Below are positions 13,446-27,000 of a DNA stretch of 64,000 nt, piece by piece. The notes under the pieces were generated by a model. The model was not told the DNA's origin and did not search any database. It saw only the letters and a program-made list of their open reading frames with translations. Numbering within the stretch: position 1 is the stretch's first letter; every line of letters starts with the position of its first letter. A program made the translations under genes and the position numbers. Location: positions 4,357,401 through 4,421,400 of the forward strand of contig CM119269.1 of the NCBI GenBank assembly GCA_051294375.1, in the 5' to 3' direction. This stretch comes from Paraspadella gotoi. Its lineage: Eukaryota; Animalia; Chaetognatha.

Positions 13446-14210
13446 GGGGAGAAAAGAAAAGAAAAAAATCTGAACTGAGAATCTAAAGTGGGTTAGCTGA
13501 TATTGGAAGATATGAAAGGTGGGATTCGGAGCATTCGAGACTGAGAAATGGAGGTTAGGGTTTTAGAGATAAAGAAATATAAAGATAAAGAATATAGATA
13601 AACAAACTGCGAATGTTTAAACATGATCGTGATGAATTAAAAATTATCGTTACTAGTTAGAAAGGAGTTGTATAAAAAAAGAACCGAGAAAAATAGAAAA
13701 TAATAGTTGAATCCGAGCTGTGAAGACTGATTGGCCAGTACAGACTGATTGGCCAGTACAGAGGTCGGCGCCAAAAAAGGAGAGGATCGGATTCGAGCAC
13801 ATGGTCCTCTTCGTTCGTTGCAAGAGAGAAGAGGGAAAGATTAGTCGGATGTGCTGAGGAACTGGTGAGTTTTCGGCTCGACCACAAATTTGGGCAGAAT
13901 AAAAAATTGTTCGGGTGATGGGCGGTACTTAGGAAGTGATTGGTGTCGGAGAAGAAAGGAGGGACAAAAAAGGATCTGAGCATCGAAATTTATGGTCCAC
14001 GGAAGGGAAATCGAGAAAAAGGGGGGGGGAATTTGTAGAGGGTAAAAAAAATGACTGTAGGCAATGAAAGATAATTTGTGGGAAACAAATGTTTAGTATT
14101 ATTATTAAATACATACGTACGTATGCACTTTTGCGGCCATGTATTCCCAAAGCGAACAATGTCAGCCTAAATTTAGACTCGAGATAATTTTTTTGATTTA
14201 AAATGGAAAT

Positions 14211-14340
14211 GGATTAGGTTAGAGTTTGGGATTAGGAATTAGGTTAGAGATTGGATAGAGGAGTTAAGATTGGAGATGAGGGTTAGGGATTAGGCATTAG
14301 AATTAAGGATTAGGTTAGGCTTAAGAATTAGGGTTAGGGT
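14211..14340 (+). repeat. Degenerate interstitial TTAGGG-like tract
   Basis: ttagggttaggg, ttagggattagg and variants. Confidence 0.65.
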
Positions 14341-15113
14341 GTATATCTGATTATAATGACAATAACATCAACGACAACGATCAAACAGGGTTAATCACGA
14401 ATTTACCTTTTGACCAATAACCGGGACGAAAATAAAATAGGGCGCTTTCGGATAATAGTGTGTCAATGTTTTTGTGAGAGGTAAGAAAGATTCCAAACAA
14501 AGAAAGAAAGTGATATTATTTTGACGTTTTTTTTTTGTCAAAATATTTCCGAACTTGAATTACGTTTTATCTTTGAAAAGTTGCCTATTTTTATTCTTTC
14601 CACCATAAAACTATTTTATGACACTTAAAGCGGCGGGAATTCATGGTCTTATAGCTCCGGAAATACATGGGCTCATGGAATCGGCAGATTTTGAACGAAA
14701 TCGAAAATCGAAATCGAAAAATTGGAAAACACTGCACTGTTATTGAGGACGAACTTAAAAAAAATTTAAAAAACTGTAAAAAACAAAAGTTATAGGGTTT
14801 ATTTCTGTTTACGCATTAAATATTACACGGATACACGGATCTAAAAATATTATATCAATGTCTAAAATGGGTCACACCAAGTCCCAAAACCGTGGGTCCC
14901 GTCGAACTAAAAAACCGGAAACCCTATTTTTCCCAAAGTGTGTGAGGGGATTGGTCGTAAAAACTTGAGGGGTTCCGCCCAAACGGTTTTCTTAAGTATA
15001 TGCTTTTAGTTTTATGTTAAAGTTAAAAAAAAAGGGATAAAAATCTATAGAAAAAAAAATAATCATCAAGGGGCGGGGGGGGGGGCGGCGAGAAACAAAT
15101 GTACATTTCTCTG

Positions 15114-15459
15114 TTTTTAGTTGCGCCGCCAGTACTCGTGGAGAAAATCTTTAAGTCACTTTTCGGTCGTTCTGTCGAACTGTCTGTCTGTCAGTCCAGA
15201 TTTCTGTCCGTCGTTCGGTCCTAATTACATTAAAAATGCATATAATTCACCTATAGTTGGTTGCTCAGTTGTTAAGACAGAAAAAAAACAACTGAAATCT
15301 AAGGGACTGCTAGCTAGAAATAAAAAAGGAAATTTCGATGCAGTGCATGTCATAAATACAAGGGCCAAGAAAGTTTTTTAGTCATGTCAGGTCATGTCAT
15401 GTCATACACATGAAAATAAAGTCACTGCGGCGCAACACATTGGAATCACCGTTCTTGTT
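15114..15459 (+). mobile_element. HINE/DINE-1-like element, family 1
   Basis: Begins TTTTAGTTGCGCCGC with a 5' hairpin, has GTCT/GTCG and (GTCAT)n microsatellites, and ends GCGGCGCAAC...ACCGTTCTTGTT (subterminal inverted repeat). No TSD. Confidence 0.75.
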
Positions 15460-16419
15460 CTCTTTGACTCCAGTTTTCGTCGTAAATATCACGTAAAGTT
15501 CTCTGCCTTTTGCAGAAACTTAGCATTTCTAACGAACGTAATTTAGATTTAGATGTTTGCTATAATTTAGATTCACTCTCTCTCTCTCTCTCTCTCTCTC
15601 ATTCGTTTTCCGCTTGAGGTTATTTTTTCCCCCTAGAATCCGATGAACGTTATAAATTATCGAACGAATAAAATCTCGGATAAATTTTGAGATTTAAATA
15701 GTTTTTTTTCCTCCCCATTCACGTGGGTAGGTTTTTTTTTTATAATTCAGACATAAATCCTCTAGATGAGACATTTATAAATAACCTTTTGATTTGATTA
15801 CGTTTATAATTTAAAAAAATTACGTAAATTCGGGAAAAGAGAAATTTGTCAGCGTCGGGCGAACACACGAAATAAAACTGAAGGAGAGAAAAGAGGGCGA
15901 GCCGAGGGAAAAAAAGGCAATGAAGGTGAACGAGGGGGGGGGTGAGAGATGGGGGGGGGCGGAAGGAAAATTAAGAAAATTTGAATGGATAATTTTTATA
16001 TTGTTTGTACCAATTTCATAAGAAAAAAAAACCTTCCAACGTCGTTAAAAAAAATAAATAAAGAAGGAAAATAAAAAAAAGAAAAGGAAAAAAAAAGGAA
16101 AGACGTTTGAATGGAGTCGACATGGGGGACATAAAAAAAAGGAAAAAAAAAAAGAAAAGACGGTACAAAGTGGTTCAAAAAAAAAAAAAAGAAAAAAATA
16201 TATATCAAAAGAGAATAAAAGTCCAAAGTCAGGGGCAAGATAGCTTATTTATAAATGGACGACGGAGACAAACGACGAGAAAATGCAAGACTAAAAGAAA
16301 AATTCAGTTACATCCAAGAAATGAGAGGAACTTTTTTTTGTAAAGATAATTCTAAGTAATGAAAAGATCGGGCGCGGCTTCGCTTTGAACGCGCAAGACA
16401 AGCATTGATTATAATCAAA

Positions 16420-16800
16420 CTATACGAATAAAGATTGCGTAAACTGAGAAAAGTGAAGGTTGTACGAAGTTGTGGGGCGAGCTAATGCCAGCTTTTCAAG
16501 CTCAAGGAGAGACGACGTCAACGACGACGACAACAACGACGGCGCAAGGAAGCTGTCAATTCCTCGTCCCTGGTTCGAATCGGAATCGATTCCCTCGCTG
16601 AGTCGCTGAGTCGCGTCATCAGGTTCCATCAGAGATATTAGATTCAAAGAGAGAATGGGATTCGTGAGAGGTTCGGAGGAGGAGGGTGGGGGGCGGGAAA
16701 CCGGATGAAACCGGGAAGAAAGTAGTCGGGCAGAGTCGAGCCCTTGTCCGGCCGATGGGGAGACCGAAGTGTCGACCGAGTCGCTATCGTCACATGTTGG
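16420..16800 (-). CDS. Possible exon of a low-complexity Ser-rich protein
   Basis: 127-codon non-microsatellite open frame in a GC-rich island. No domain and no convincing splice sites. Confidence 0.3.
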   Translation of the reverse strand, partial: PTCDDSDSVDTSVSPSAGQGLDSARLLSSRFHPVSRPPPSSSEPLTNPILSLNLISLMEPDDATQRLSEGIDSDSNQGRGIDSFLAPSLLSSSLTSSLLELEKLALARPTTSYNLHFSQFTQSLFV

Positions 16801-17278
16801 CAAAAATTATCAAGAATCATATATCAAGAATCAAGAAAAGGTCCATTGATGTAGTAAAATATGTATTATATAAGCCCTATCTTTAAGCGAAATATATCGT
16901 ATAAAATAAGTTTGCTAATTGAACGCGTACATATATATTTATATATATTTTACCGACTTTTGGAGAAATGAAACCAACTCTGCAAAGAAATTTGTCATTC
17001 GGGAGGAGAATAGCCAAAGCGTTCCGTGAACACCCCCCCCCCATCCTCCGAAACGAGGGGGAGCGAAAAATAAACCCTTTTTCATTGACGACAAAGCAGG
17101 AGGAAAGGGGAGGGCGGGGATTGGGGGAGGTGAGAGTGCGTCGGGCGAGAAAAGGCTGTAGGGAGGGGCGTAATGTTGACGCCCGAGCGACTTAAAAGAA
17201 AAAAAAATGACTTAAAAAGACCGAACCTAAGGACAACGACGACCTGAAGTCGACGACTACTTGGATAACGACGATGAA

Positions 17279-17309
<31 letters not shown>

Positions 17310-17424
17310 ACAAAAAGACAACAAAACGAGAGACTACGAAAAAAAAGAGGACGAGGTCAACGACAGCGATTAAACGTCGACTCGAGGATCTCGTTGAACT
17401 CGCCCGTCGCCATTTATCTTTTTC

Positions 17425-17825
17425 TTTTTAGTTGCGCCGCGAATACTCGCGGAGCAACTGTATAAGCCACTTTTCGGTCGGTCGGTCGGTCCGTCTGGCG
17501 GTCTGTCCCACTTACGTTAAAATTGCATATAATTCCCTTAAAGTGAATTGCTCATTTATTCAGACAGGAAAAATCTTCAAATTTAAGCGACTGCTAGCGC
17601 CGCCTTCAGAAAATTCTAAAACTATAAAGTACAAAAGACGTAATTCCTATACAGACTACAGTGTGTGTCTTATAAATACATGGGCTAAGAAAGCTATTGT
17701 AGTCTTGTAGTCATGTCATGCTACGTCATGTTATGTCATGGCACATTATGTTATTTTATATCACAAGAAATATATGTGTTAAGGCAATCAATGCGGCGCA
17801 ACACATTTGAATTACCGTTCTTGTT
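17425..17825 (+). mobile_element. HINE/DINE-1-like element, family 1
   Basis: Same termini and internal motifs as 15114-15459; hairpin AGTTGCGCCGCGAATACTCGCGGAGCAACT. Confidence 0.75.
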
Positions 17826-18521
17826 TTCTTTTTCATTTCCCTCTTTTTTTCAAGTGCGAAGCTCAATGTCTGAGGCTTGATTGATTAACGTTTACATTCT
17901 GTTTCAATTATTATTATTTCATACTTTGATGCAGAATGATCCAAGATAAATGTGCAATAAACTAGAGAGGAATTTAATGATTGTTCTACAATAAAAAAAA
18001 AATATCCGAGAAAGAAATAAGAATATGAAACGATTGAAAACGAATTATGTTTCATAAAAAAACATTGAAAACATATGGAACTTAAATAATACGGTAAAGT
18101 TATTGTTGTCATTCGTAGAATGAAGCACCTGTTTTAGAGCGAAGCATAACGTCGGACATTTCCGTGTTCTCTGTTCCTCTCCTTCCCTTTTAAAAAACGC
18201 CTACGATTTCAGAAGATTTAGAATCCTAAAATGGTTTTAATTATCTATGGTGTTCAAATCAAAAATCAAAGGAAAAAAAAAACAATTTTTTTTAATAACT
18301 CAAATAATCTTCTGAGCTTCCTCCTCCTCCTCCTCCTCCTTCTATGGCGCCACTTTTGCGTCTCCGTCAGCGCGTGTTTCGCTTATTGTGGTCGCGTCTC
18401 TCTCTCTCTCTCTCTCTCTTCCTCTATATATCTACCGTTTATACGTCTCCATCTCTCTCCCGCTCACTCAATCGGCGATCGCGAGACGGAGACAGATCCG
18501 CAGTCAATTCCGCTGCGAAAA

Positions 18522-18750
18522 ATGAAGCCGACGATTTTGCTTTTAATCTTCCTCTTCGTTTTGGGTTGTTGTTGTTGTTGTTGTTGCGGAGGAGGGTTGG
18601 GGGAAGTAAATGAGGAGGAGGAGGAGGAGGAGGAGGTGGCGGGAGTGTCGAGAGTGGAGAGAGAAGATGAAGGGGTGGAGGAAGAGGAGGAAGTGATAGA
18701 GGAGTTGACGGAGGTGTTGGGAGCGGACGACTTCGACGACGCGGATTTGG
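18522..18750 (+). CDS. First coding exon of a secreted acidic protein
   Basis: aaaATG MKPTILLLIFLFVLGCCCCCCGGGLGEVNEEEEEEEE...GADDFDDADL-G |GTGAGT: signal-peptide-like n- and h-regions, then a consensus donor. Confidence 0.6.
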
Positions 18751-19170
18751 GTGAGTTCGCACCAACGTAAACAACTTACTTTTCTTTTTCATTTTGTCAC
18801 GAAAAACTCGATTTTATGTTTTGTCAGCGATATAACTCAGGAAATTGAGTTCAGGAAATATTTTTTTTGGTTTTTGGTTTCAAGACGAAAAATGGAATTT
18901 TTTGATTCATATTTGATTTATTTTCTTAAGAGTTTGACGTTTCATTTTATTCGTGAGTTGGATGGAGCTGGTCTTGTAAAAATCTTGGCAAAAACACGAG
19001 GGAATTAAGTCACTGGCAAACGAATAAAAGAATACAATGATAAATATGGTTAGATTTTTTTTGGAGCTATACTATGATTTCACTATGAGTTAGCTACAAT
19101 ATAAATACTTCTTAAAATTATTTATTTAATAAAAATTGTAATTTAATCATAATCTCAATATTTAGGATAA

Positions 19171-19593
19171 GACCATGATGGAAAAAAAATTGTCGCGGTT
19201 TGGAAAAGTGGGTTAATTTTATTGTCAAATATATTTTTTGGCTGGTAAATAGGTTTTTATATGTAATGTGACTTCCCTAGGACTGAATAAAAATATTTTT
19301 TCTCAACAGCATAAAATTATTTAATGCATAGAAATACTTCCAAAAGAGGTTGTCTTTTACTTTTTTCACATTTGTATCTACGGCATCAATGTATTTTTAT
19401 TACCGCTTTTTTTTAGACATATGAATTAANNNNNNNNNNTTTGTATTTTTTGTCGTATATAAATGAGACACAGCTCATATGAATCACAAGAGGCTAAAGT
19501 TTCTTAATATCTAAATTTTATTTTTCGATTGATTTATTAAAATGCCGAAAAATAGCTGGAAAGTAACCGCGACAATTTTTTTTACCATCATGG
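19171..19593. mobile_element. MITE with ~29-bp terminal inverted repeats (spans the 10-N gap)
   Basis: ACCATGATGGAAAAAAAATTGTCGCGGTT versus AACCGCGACAATTTTTTTTACCATCATGGT. TSD not evident. Confidence 0.6.
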
Positions 19594-19944
19594 TAAATAC
19601 AAAATTAAATTTTAAAAAGAATTGCGTATTTGAATTCCCCTTCCAAAGAGGGAGATTTTCTTTAAAGATTCCCTTCCGCCTAACACCTGATTCGATTCAC
19701 GCGACTTTAACTCGTCCTTGTCTAATTAATTCGATCTTTTGTTTCCGAGTTTTTTCTTTTCTTCTTGTTGAGCCAGAATTATTCTTCGATAATGGAACTT
19801 TAATCAATACTCTTTGCGTTTGCAGTGCTGAGAATAGGAAATGCAAGGTCAAGAGTTAAAAAAGAAAAAAGGAATAGATAAGAGAAAGAGAAAAATTCAA
19901 CTGAAAGATAACGACGCCGTTTCAGCGCGTCTGGGAAAGGAAGG

Positions 19945-20182
19945 AAGGAAAAAAGGAAAGAGAAGTCCTTTATGTGTTTGACAAAAGAGAGGAAGAATAG
20001 AAGGAAAAAGGAAAGAGAGGTCCTTCATGTGTTTGACAAAAGAGAGGAAGAATAGAAGGAAAATGGAAAGAGAGGTCCTTCATGTGTTTGACAAAAGAGA
20101 GGAAGAATAGAAGGAAAAAGGAAAGAGAGGCCCTTTATGTGTTTGACAAAAGAGAGGAAGAATAGAGGGAAAAAGGAAAGAA
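19945..20182. repeat. 55-bp tandem repeat, ~4 units
   Basis: Unit AGGAAAAAGGAAAGAGAGGTCCTTCATGTGTTTGACAAAAGAGAGGAAGAATAGA, head to tail with no spacers. Confidence 0.9.
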
Positions 20183-20840
20183 GGAAAAAGAAAAAAAGAG
20201 AAATGATCTTTAAATATGTTTTCAAAGAATTGAGAAAAAAAGAAACTGGACAATAACCTTTCTGTGGAATTGGAAATAGGGAAGAAAAAAGGAAGAAAGA
20301 ATAAAAAGGAAAAAGAAAAGAATAAAAAAAAGAAAAAAAAAGCCGACTCTCTCTCGCTCTTCTTGCTTATCATTCAAAGCAAACAATTCTGAGGGTCAAT
20401 TTCGTCAGAAACCTCCACGTATTATTTGGGAAGGGATTTGACGAACGTTAGCTTCCATTCGCCATCTATATTTATTTGTTTCTCTGCCTAGCAACAGTTG
20501 TTGAGATTTACCTATTCCTCCTGAGTCCTGACTATTTATTTGTGATTCGGTCAATAGTATGTCGTTCCATCGATTGTCTCGATTGTAAGGTCTTATTTTG
20601 TAATTATTTTATTAATTTTTAAATTCTTAATTCCCTATTTTCTTGTACTAATTCATAATTTCCTATCATAATCGACTTGATTAATACCCACATTACCTCA
20701 CAATTTCGTTGCTTTTCAATTCAAAATTGGCTGGAGTTAACGCAGCCTGGTGAAAATCAAAACGCACGCCCTTTTTTAAATTAAATAATAAAAAATTGAA
20801 AAGAAAATTTCAGGCTTCCTTCACGATTAAATTCCAATTC

Positions 20841-20952
<112 letters not shown>

Positions 20953-22180
20953 TATTTCTCGAGCCAAGAAACCCATTTTTGGCAATCAAAGGCGACATTG
21001 CCTCCTCAGGCGGTAAAGAAAAAAGAACAACGCCCCCTCTCCCGTTACAGCACCGACGTCGACGTCTCTGGCGAAGGAAGAAAAAACATTTTTTTAATCT
21101 CGACTTTAATCTTTAATTATTAATTTCTTTAGCGGCGGCGGCGGCGGCGGCGGCGGCGCGACGCTGTCGGTAGAAATAAAAAAGAGTTACAAGAAGATAG
21201 AAATTTCGTGGAGTCATGATAAAGGATTTTAATTCGTTGGCCGCTGTTTCGAACAGTACGGGGGTGGGTTGTTGACGGTTGGCAACGTCGACTCTGGTTA
21301 TAATGCAGTCGTGGTCTAAAAATAGTAATTGGGTTTCTGTTTTTATGAATAGAAATCCCATTGATAGATTTATCATAGTAATTATTTCCGAAAAGCGTTT
21401 AGCATATCAATATTGGAATGAGACTTAATACCGCGTTCCTTTGGCCGTTTCCGACGTCAGCACCATAAAGTTCATTGGGCTAATGTTTTACTGCGACGGG
21501 CCCTTGATCTACCGAGAGAAAGTCCACAGGCGGATACGAAGATCTGACGGAACAATCTGGGTACATAGCGGATCAGGTCACGCTTTAGGGTCACACTTAA
21601 AATAACTAGCGCGTAAGTCAAAGTCGAATGGAAGACGAAACAGAAAATCGTCCCAAGTCCAGTTGGAAACAGAGAGATGCGGGCCGAATTCCAGATTGGA
21701 GGCAAAACTTGCGAAAACGGCGAATCGAAGAGGAAATTAAAAAAAAAAAAAAAAAGAGGTGAAATTTCGTCAGAAACCGAAGTGAGCATCGATTACGGAT
21801 AATCGTTTTCAGTACCAGTGTAAACGAAAATGAAAAAAAAAAGAAAGAAAGAAAGAAAAAAAAAATTCGGCGAATGGCGGGAAAATTATCGATTTTTTGC
21901 GCGAGAGCTGGGATAGCGGTTCCTCGTTTGAAAGGATTCAGATTGCTTGCGACCGATTGCTTGTTTAAGATGACGATTTAAAAGGATGAACACGTGTTAG
22001 AAAAATCTCGAAACCCTAAAAGTTAGGAAATAAAAAAACCTCGAAAATATTTTTTTTAATTTAGAGACAGAATTGTTTTTTTTTTTGCCTACGAATGTGA
22101 ATTTTGATGTATTCTTTTTCACGGGACTGGTGGTCTGTCTATATCCGCCTGTCTGGCTGTCTTTCTGCTATTATCCCCCC

Positions 22181-22252
<72 letters not shown>

Positions 22253-22288
22253 TCTCCTCTCTCTCACTCTCACCTGCTCTCTTTTTTA

Positions 22289-22440
22289 ATATTTAGAAAA
22301 AGTTTGAAATTTTAATATCGACAACGATTTTTATTCAATAAAGAAACGTACATGTTTCGACTCTCGCAACATGTAACATAAACGTTTCTTTATTGAATAA
22401 GAATCGTTGTTGATATCAAATTTTAAACTGTTTCTAAATA
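22289..22440. repeat. Hairpin with ~60-bp inverted arms
   Basis: ATTTAGAAAAAGTTTGAAATTTTAATATCGACAACGATTTTTATTCAATAAAGAAACGT and a near-perfect reverse complement around a ~33-bp loop. Confidence 0.85.
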
Positions 22441-22600
22441 TTTACTACACAACGAAAAGAAAGGAAAAGAACATAATGATTTTTTAATAGTAAATTAATT
22501 ATTGATTACGCACGTGTTGGAAGGTTCTTAAATTAATCGATCAAAGTACTAAAGATATGCCATTGTGAGATTTAATAAGGGAAATTCCTGGTTTACTCAC

Positions 22601-22672
22601 CGTTTTCTAGAACAATCTTGAAGCGCAACGACTCGAGGAAGTCCTCACGTCGCCGGTTAGTTGCAGCTTCAC
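22601..22672 (-). CDS. Possible 72-nt phase-1 exon, product unknown
   Basis: cAG| EAATNRRREDFLESLRFKIVLEN-G |GTGAGT. Weak polypyrimidine tract. Confidence 0.35.
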
Positions 22673-22676
22673 CTGT

Positions 22677-22766
22677 CACCACTCATCACTAACCTCTCAC
22701 CACTCATCACTAACCTCTTACCACTCATCACTAACCTCTCACCACTCATCACTAACCTCTCACCAC
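22677..22766. repeat. 21-bp tandem repeat x4
   Basis: CACCACTCATCACTAACCTCT repeated head to tail. Confidence 0.9.
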
Positions 22767-23497
22767 ATCACATATTCAAGGGATTTTCTTCTCATCTCTT
22801 TTTCTACGATTAAAATCCTCAAACGGCGCATCGGAAAGATAGGCGAATTTTGAAGGCCGACAGGCTCGAATGCAGTTGGTCATTTGACGACAAAATGACA
22901 CTGATTACTGGTTATGATCCATTAAAGGATTGTAAAGGAGCTTATAAAGAAAACCTAAGGAATAATCTGTAATTTGAGAATATTAAATAACAGTAAAACA
23001 TATAACGTAATGAAGAGTTGAAGACGACTGTCCAAACTTTAGAGCGTAGTAATAACGTCTAAACGGTCAAAAATACTCCTTACACTGTTAACACACTCTT
23101 GGGTCTAGAATCCACTCACGCAATTGAAGGCCATTTCCTCACTACGAATAAGAACCATCTCGAAGATTCCGACGGCGCATCTTCTAAAGCATCGGGGACG
23201 CCTTGAAGATTCGCTTTTAACAGAAAGAGCGCCGCGTGAAAACAGTCTCACATTCAGCGCCGAGAAACGAGGTGAGTGAGACGCGACCCCCAAAAAAAGT
23301 CGGGAAATCGGAAAAGAGGCGAAAATTGTCTCACCTCCTCAGTCCTCAGACCTTACCAATTTCCGACGCGGCTTTATGGGTTCGAGTTAAAAGCATCTCG
23401 ATCATCATCATTATCATCATATGTCATCATCACCATCATCATCATTATTGTCGTAGTCGAAAACGTCGTTAATATTCTTCATAATTATAATAATAAT

Positions 23498-23530
<33 letters not shown>

Positions 23531-23925
23531 AATAATAATAATATATAATAATAATAATTTTAATAATATAAAAAATAACGCGGAGAATGGATTATCAGAT
23601 GGCTTGTCTCTCTTTGCTTTTCCTGTCTTTTCTTCTGATTACCATCAGAGAGTTCGCCTCTCTTGGCTTCTCCGTCTTTCTTATTGACCAATCAGAGAGG
23701 AGGCTTCCCTCAGGAAACGACGGCAGAGAAACGAGAGAGGGAACCGATCACTCTTCAACTTACCTTCAAGAAACAAACATCAACTCCTTATGGGCTATTG
23801 TTATATTGTTGATTGCCTAACTCTGCATATCTACATAATTTGTATCCAACGTGGTTCTTACGTCAATAAAACTTCTCTTTTTTCTCACTTAATAAACAAC
23901 GACCTACAGCCTTCGTTGCATTAAT

Positions 23926-24003
<78 letters not shown>

Positions 24004-27000
24004 TAATAATAATCATATTCAATCATCATGGACGACTACGCCATCTTTTCCACCAAATCCCATATCATCCCCATCAAACGTACTATTTTCCGGAAACTCA
24101 CTTGTGGGTAAAGAAGTGCATCTTTTATCGGACCGAACCGCGTGGGCGAAGGAATAGTGGAAGGACAGAGGTAAAGGAAGAGAGACAGAGAGAAAAGAGA
24201 ATTCCCGATGAACTGCGGACGAAGTGACGCAACTCGCGCAGGCGCGCAACTCGTGATGACGGAAATGACGAGATTGCTTCACGTTTTCGGTTATAACGAC
24301 ATTAAGGGGCGAGGAGAGAAGACAGAAAATCGATCAAAGCGTCAGAGTGCAAAAAACAAATGCTGAATAAAAAAGAACAATATTTTTTTTTAATTTAAAA
24401 ACGGATAAATTAAAAAGAGGTTTTAAAAAGGCCTTGTGCAGCGAGAATTCTTACGATGATGTTTTTTTTTTTTCAAGGTAAAGAAGCATTCGAATTAATA
24501 TTCCTTCTGGATTCAGATTTGATAAATAATTTACTTCACATCTCGAAAACAAAAAAAAAAAACAAAAAAACACAAAAAACGAAACATAGTTTGGATTTTA
24601 TTTAACAATTTAACATCATATACTGCTCTGCTCGCCTTCGAGAGTTATTCCTTTGCTTCTCGATTAAAAAAAGCGTCGAGAAAGCTTCTCCCCATCTCAC
24701 CCCTCGGTCGTTTCCCTTCGAGATTTCAGATTGGTCTAATGTCTAAGGCAAACGCCCTTTCAACGAAAATCCTGTGGTTGAGTGATTCGGGATCGAACCG
24801 AGATATTGGGTTAAGCTGGAACATGCTGATTGGAGGAGACTCAGGAGACGATTGGATTTGATTGGCTGCTAGACGAATTCATCACCGCGCAAGATTGATC
24901 AGGAATTTCAATTTTTTTTTCATTTCATTTTATCAGCGGCATTTGCAGCATCCGCCGCATTGGCCGTGGCATTTGCGGAATCATCGGTCTCGCGTTTGGT
25001 CGTGCGACGCGAAGTCTTTTTGCTTCGCTGATCGCTGTCGACTCCTTTCCGGATGCTGAACGAGAAATAGATTACATCCGGGTTCACGATTTACTCGACA
25101 GGATCATCATTCGTCATCTCATTAACCACGCATCCGCGGTCTATCTCTCAAGAGCTCCAGACTTGTTCAAACTTGTCCAATCAGACACCGATCGATCGAC
25201 CTTCGATCCACATTGTGGGCATTGCGTCTCTTTGGGTTCGAAGCCGAACTCTTCCCCGTCGTCGTCGTCGTCGTCGTTGTCGTCGTCGTCGTCGTCGGCG
25301 ACGTCGCTCGCTCGGGTTTCTGAAAAATAGAAAACGTTAAAAGTATATTACGTTACAAAAAAATTAAAAAATTTACATTGAGACTCTCTCCGTTGGAGAG
25401 GTTGGAAAATCGATATTTTCTCTATTGGGTATTAGAGATTTCTTAGTGAAAATTATTTGCCTTTCTTTATATATTTTATTCATCGGATATTTTTGGGAAA
25501 GGAAAACCTCAGCTTTTGTTGTTTTTTTTTTAATTGTATAATTTTTTTTGGCTTCAAAATTGTAAAAAGTAAGACGAAACGCAAAAATAAAGGAAGAATA
25601 AAAAGAATAAAAGAAAGCCAAAAGATCGGGGAATAAGAAAAAATGCGCCAAAAAAATCATGAAAACAGGAATAAGAGTAAATAAAGATTAAGTCTTTGAC
25701 AGAAATAAAGCCAAGACACTGGTTTTTCCACAAGTCACAAAACATCCTCGCCCTACGAACCTACCCGGACTTCAACGTAGACGAGTCCTCGAAAACGTTG
25801 ATGTTTGATAATGATAGGACTCAATAGAATTATAAATGGTTCTCAACCTACGTCTCATTTACAAGCATAGATAAAGGAAGCTTAACGGAAAGATTCTAGA
25901 GCCGCTTCAGTTCCACTTACAATGGCGCTACTCCGTTATTTTTCTCAACGCACAATTATCACTGGAGGATGACGCCCATGACGGTCGTTAACGATTTAGC
26001 TTCGCGCAATCAGGCCTTGAGGTGCTCACTGCTCACTGCTCACGGTTGATTTAGCGAAATTTTGACACTCAAACGAAAATTGTTGGATATGTACGTATAT
26101 CAAAAGAGAAAGCACTTTCAAGATTAAAAGCCAATACTGTCGTAAGCATGATAAATGCGCTTATAGTAAGAAAAAAAAATGGGCGAAGACTTGCTTTTTA
26201 CGCTCTGATACCCTAATGTTATAAACGACGTCGCAATCTCAAAGATAAAGACATACGAGATCGTAAACGTCGCATTTAAGCACAAGTCGCTGACACGAGG
26301 TTTAAGTTATGGTGGTTGTGAAGGTGTTTCTCCTTCACGCCCGCGGAGTCGCGCGTTCTAGACGTCGCCAGTTCCTTGTAGAGTGACGAAGGATCTTTTC
26401 TACATGAATACTTGAATCTTTTGCTGAATATCGAGTCGAATTATGATGAATATTAAGACGCGAAAAGGTTTCCAAATATTTATTAATCAAGTATTTAAAA
26501 AAGTCCCGTAAAACTGTAATCAGAACGGGTGAAACGTTTTCATTGAGTCCAAAGTAAAAAAGGTGACCAAACAAAGATATCAGACCGACAGGTCAAATAC
26601 GACTCAGATAGAAATAAAAACGTAAACGAGAGAGAGAGAGAGAAAGAGGTTAAACTGTAGGAGGCCAGGCATAATATTTCACAGTGGTGATAAGGGAGAA
26701 AGAACCTGACGAAATAATCCATACAAATATCCATATAAAAAATCACAACGATATAAGTAACGTTTAGCCAAAAATACTCGGATTCAAAATGACGGCGAAA
26801 ATGTCTCGTCTCTCAACGACCGACGACGACGACGACGACGACGACGAAATAAACAGCCGTGGCCGACTATCGCGCCCTCTTCGCCGAAACCGGCGCCATT
26901 TTGTTCCCCAATCGGCATAGAAACCGGAAAACTTTTACTCGAAGAATTTCGGCGAGAAAAAAGAGGATTTGCGCGCACTCAATTTGGGTAAAAGGGAGGC

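Noticed and set aside
14211-14340. True telomere or chromosome-breakage site
   Set aside because: Short, degenerate and internal; similar tracts lie inside transposons.
19945-20182. CRISPR-like array (also the 21-bp repeat at 22677)
   Set aside because: Head-to-tail units with no unique spacers, no cas genes, and a eukaryotic context.
23120-23213. Minus-strand candidate exon (ANLQGVPDALEDAPSESSRWFLFVVRKW) as continuation of the NIDO exon
   Set aside because: Phase-compatible, but 35 kb away across four gaps with only weak motif similarity.
26856-26987. Candidate exon with discoidin-like start (CSPIGIETG)
   Set aside because: Similarity stops after nine residues and the acceptor is poor.
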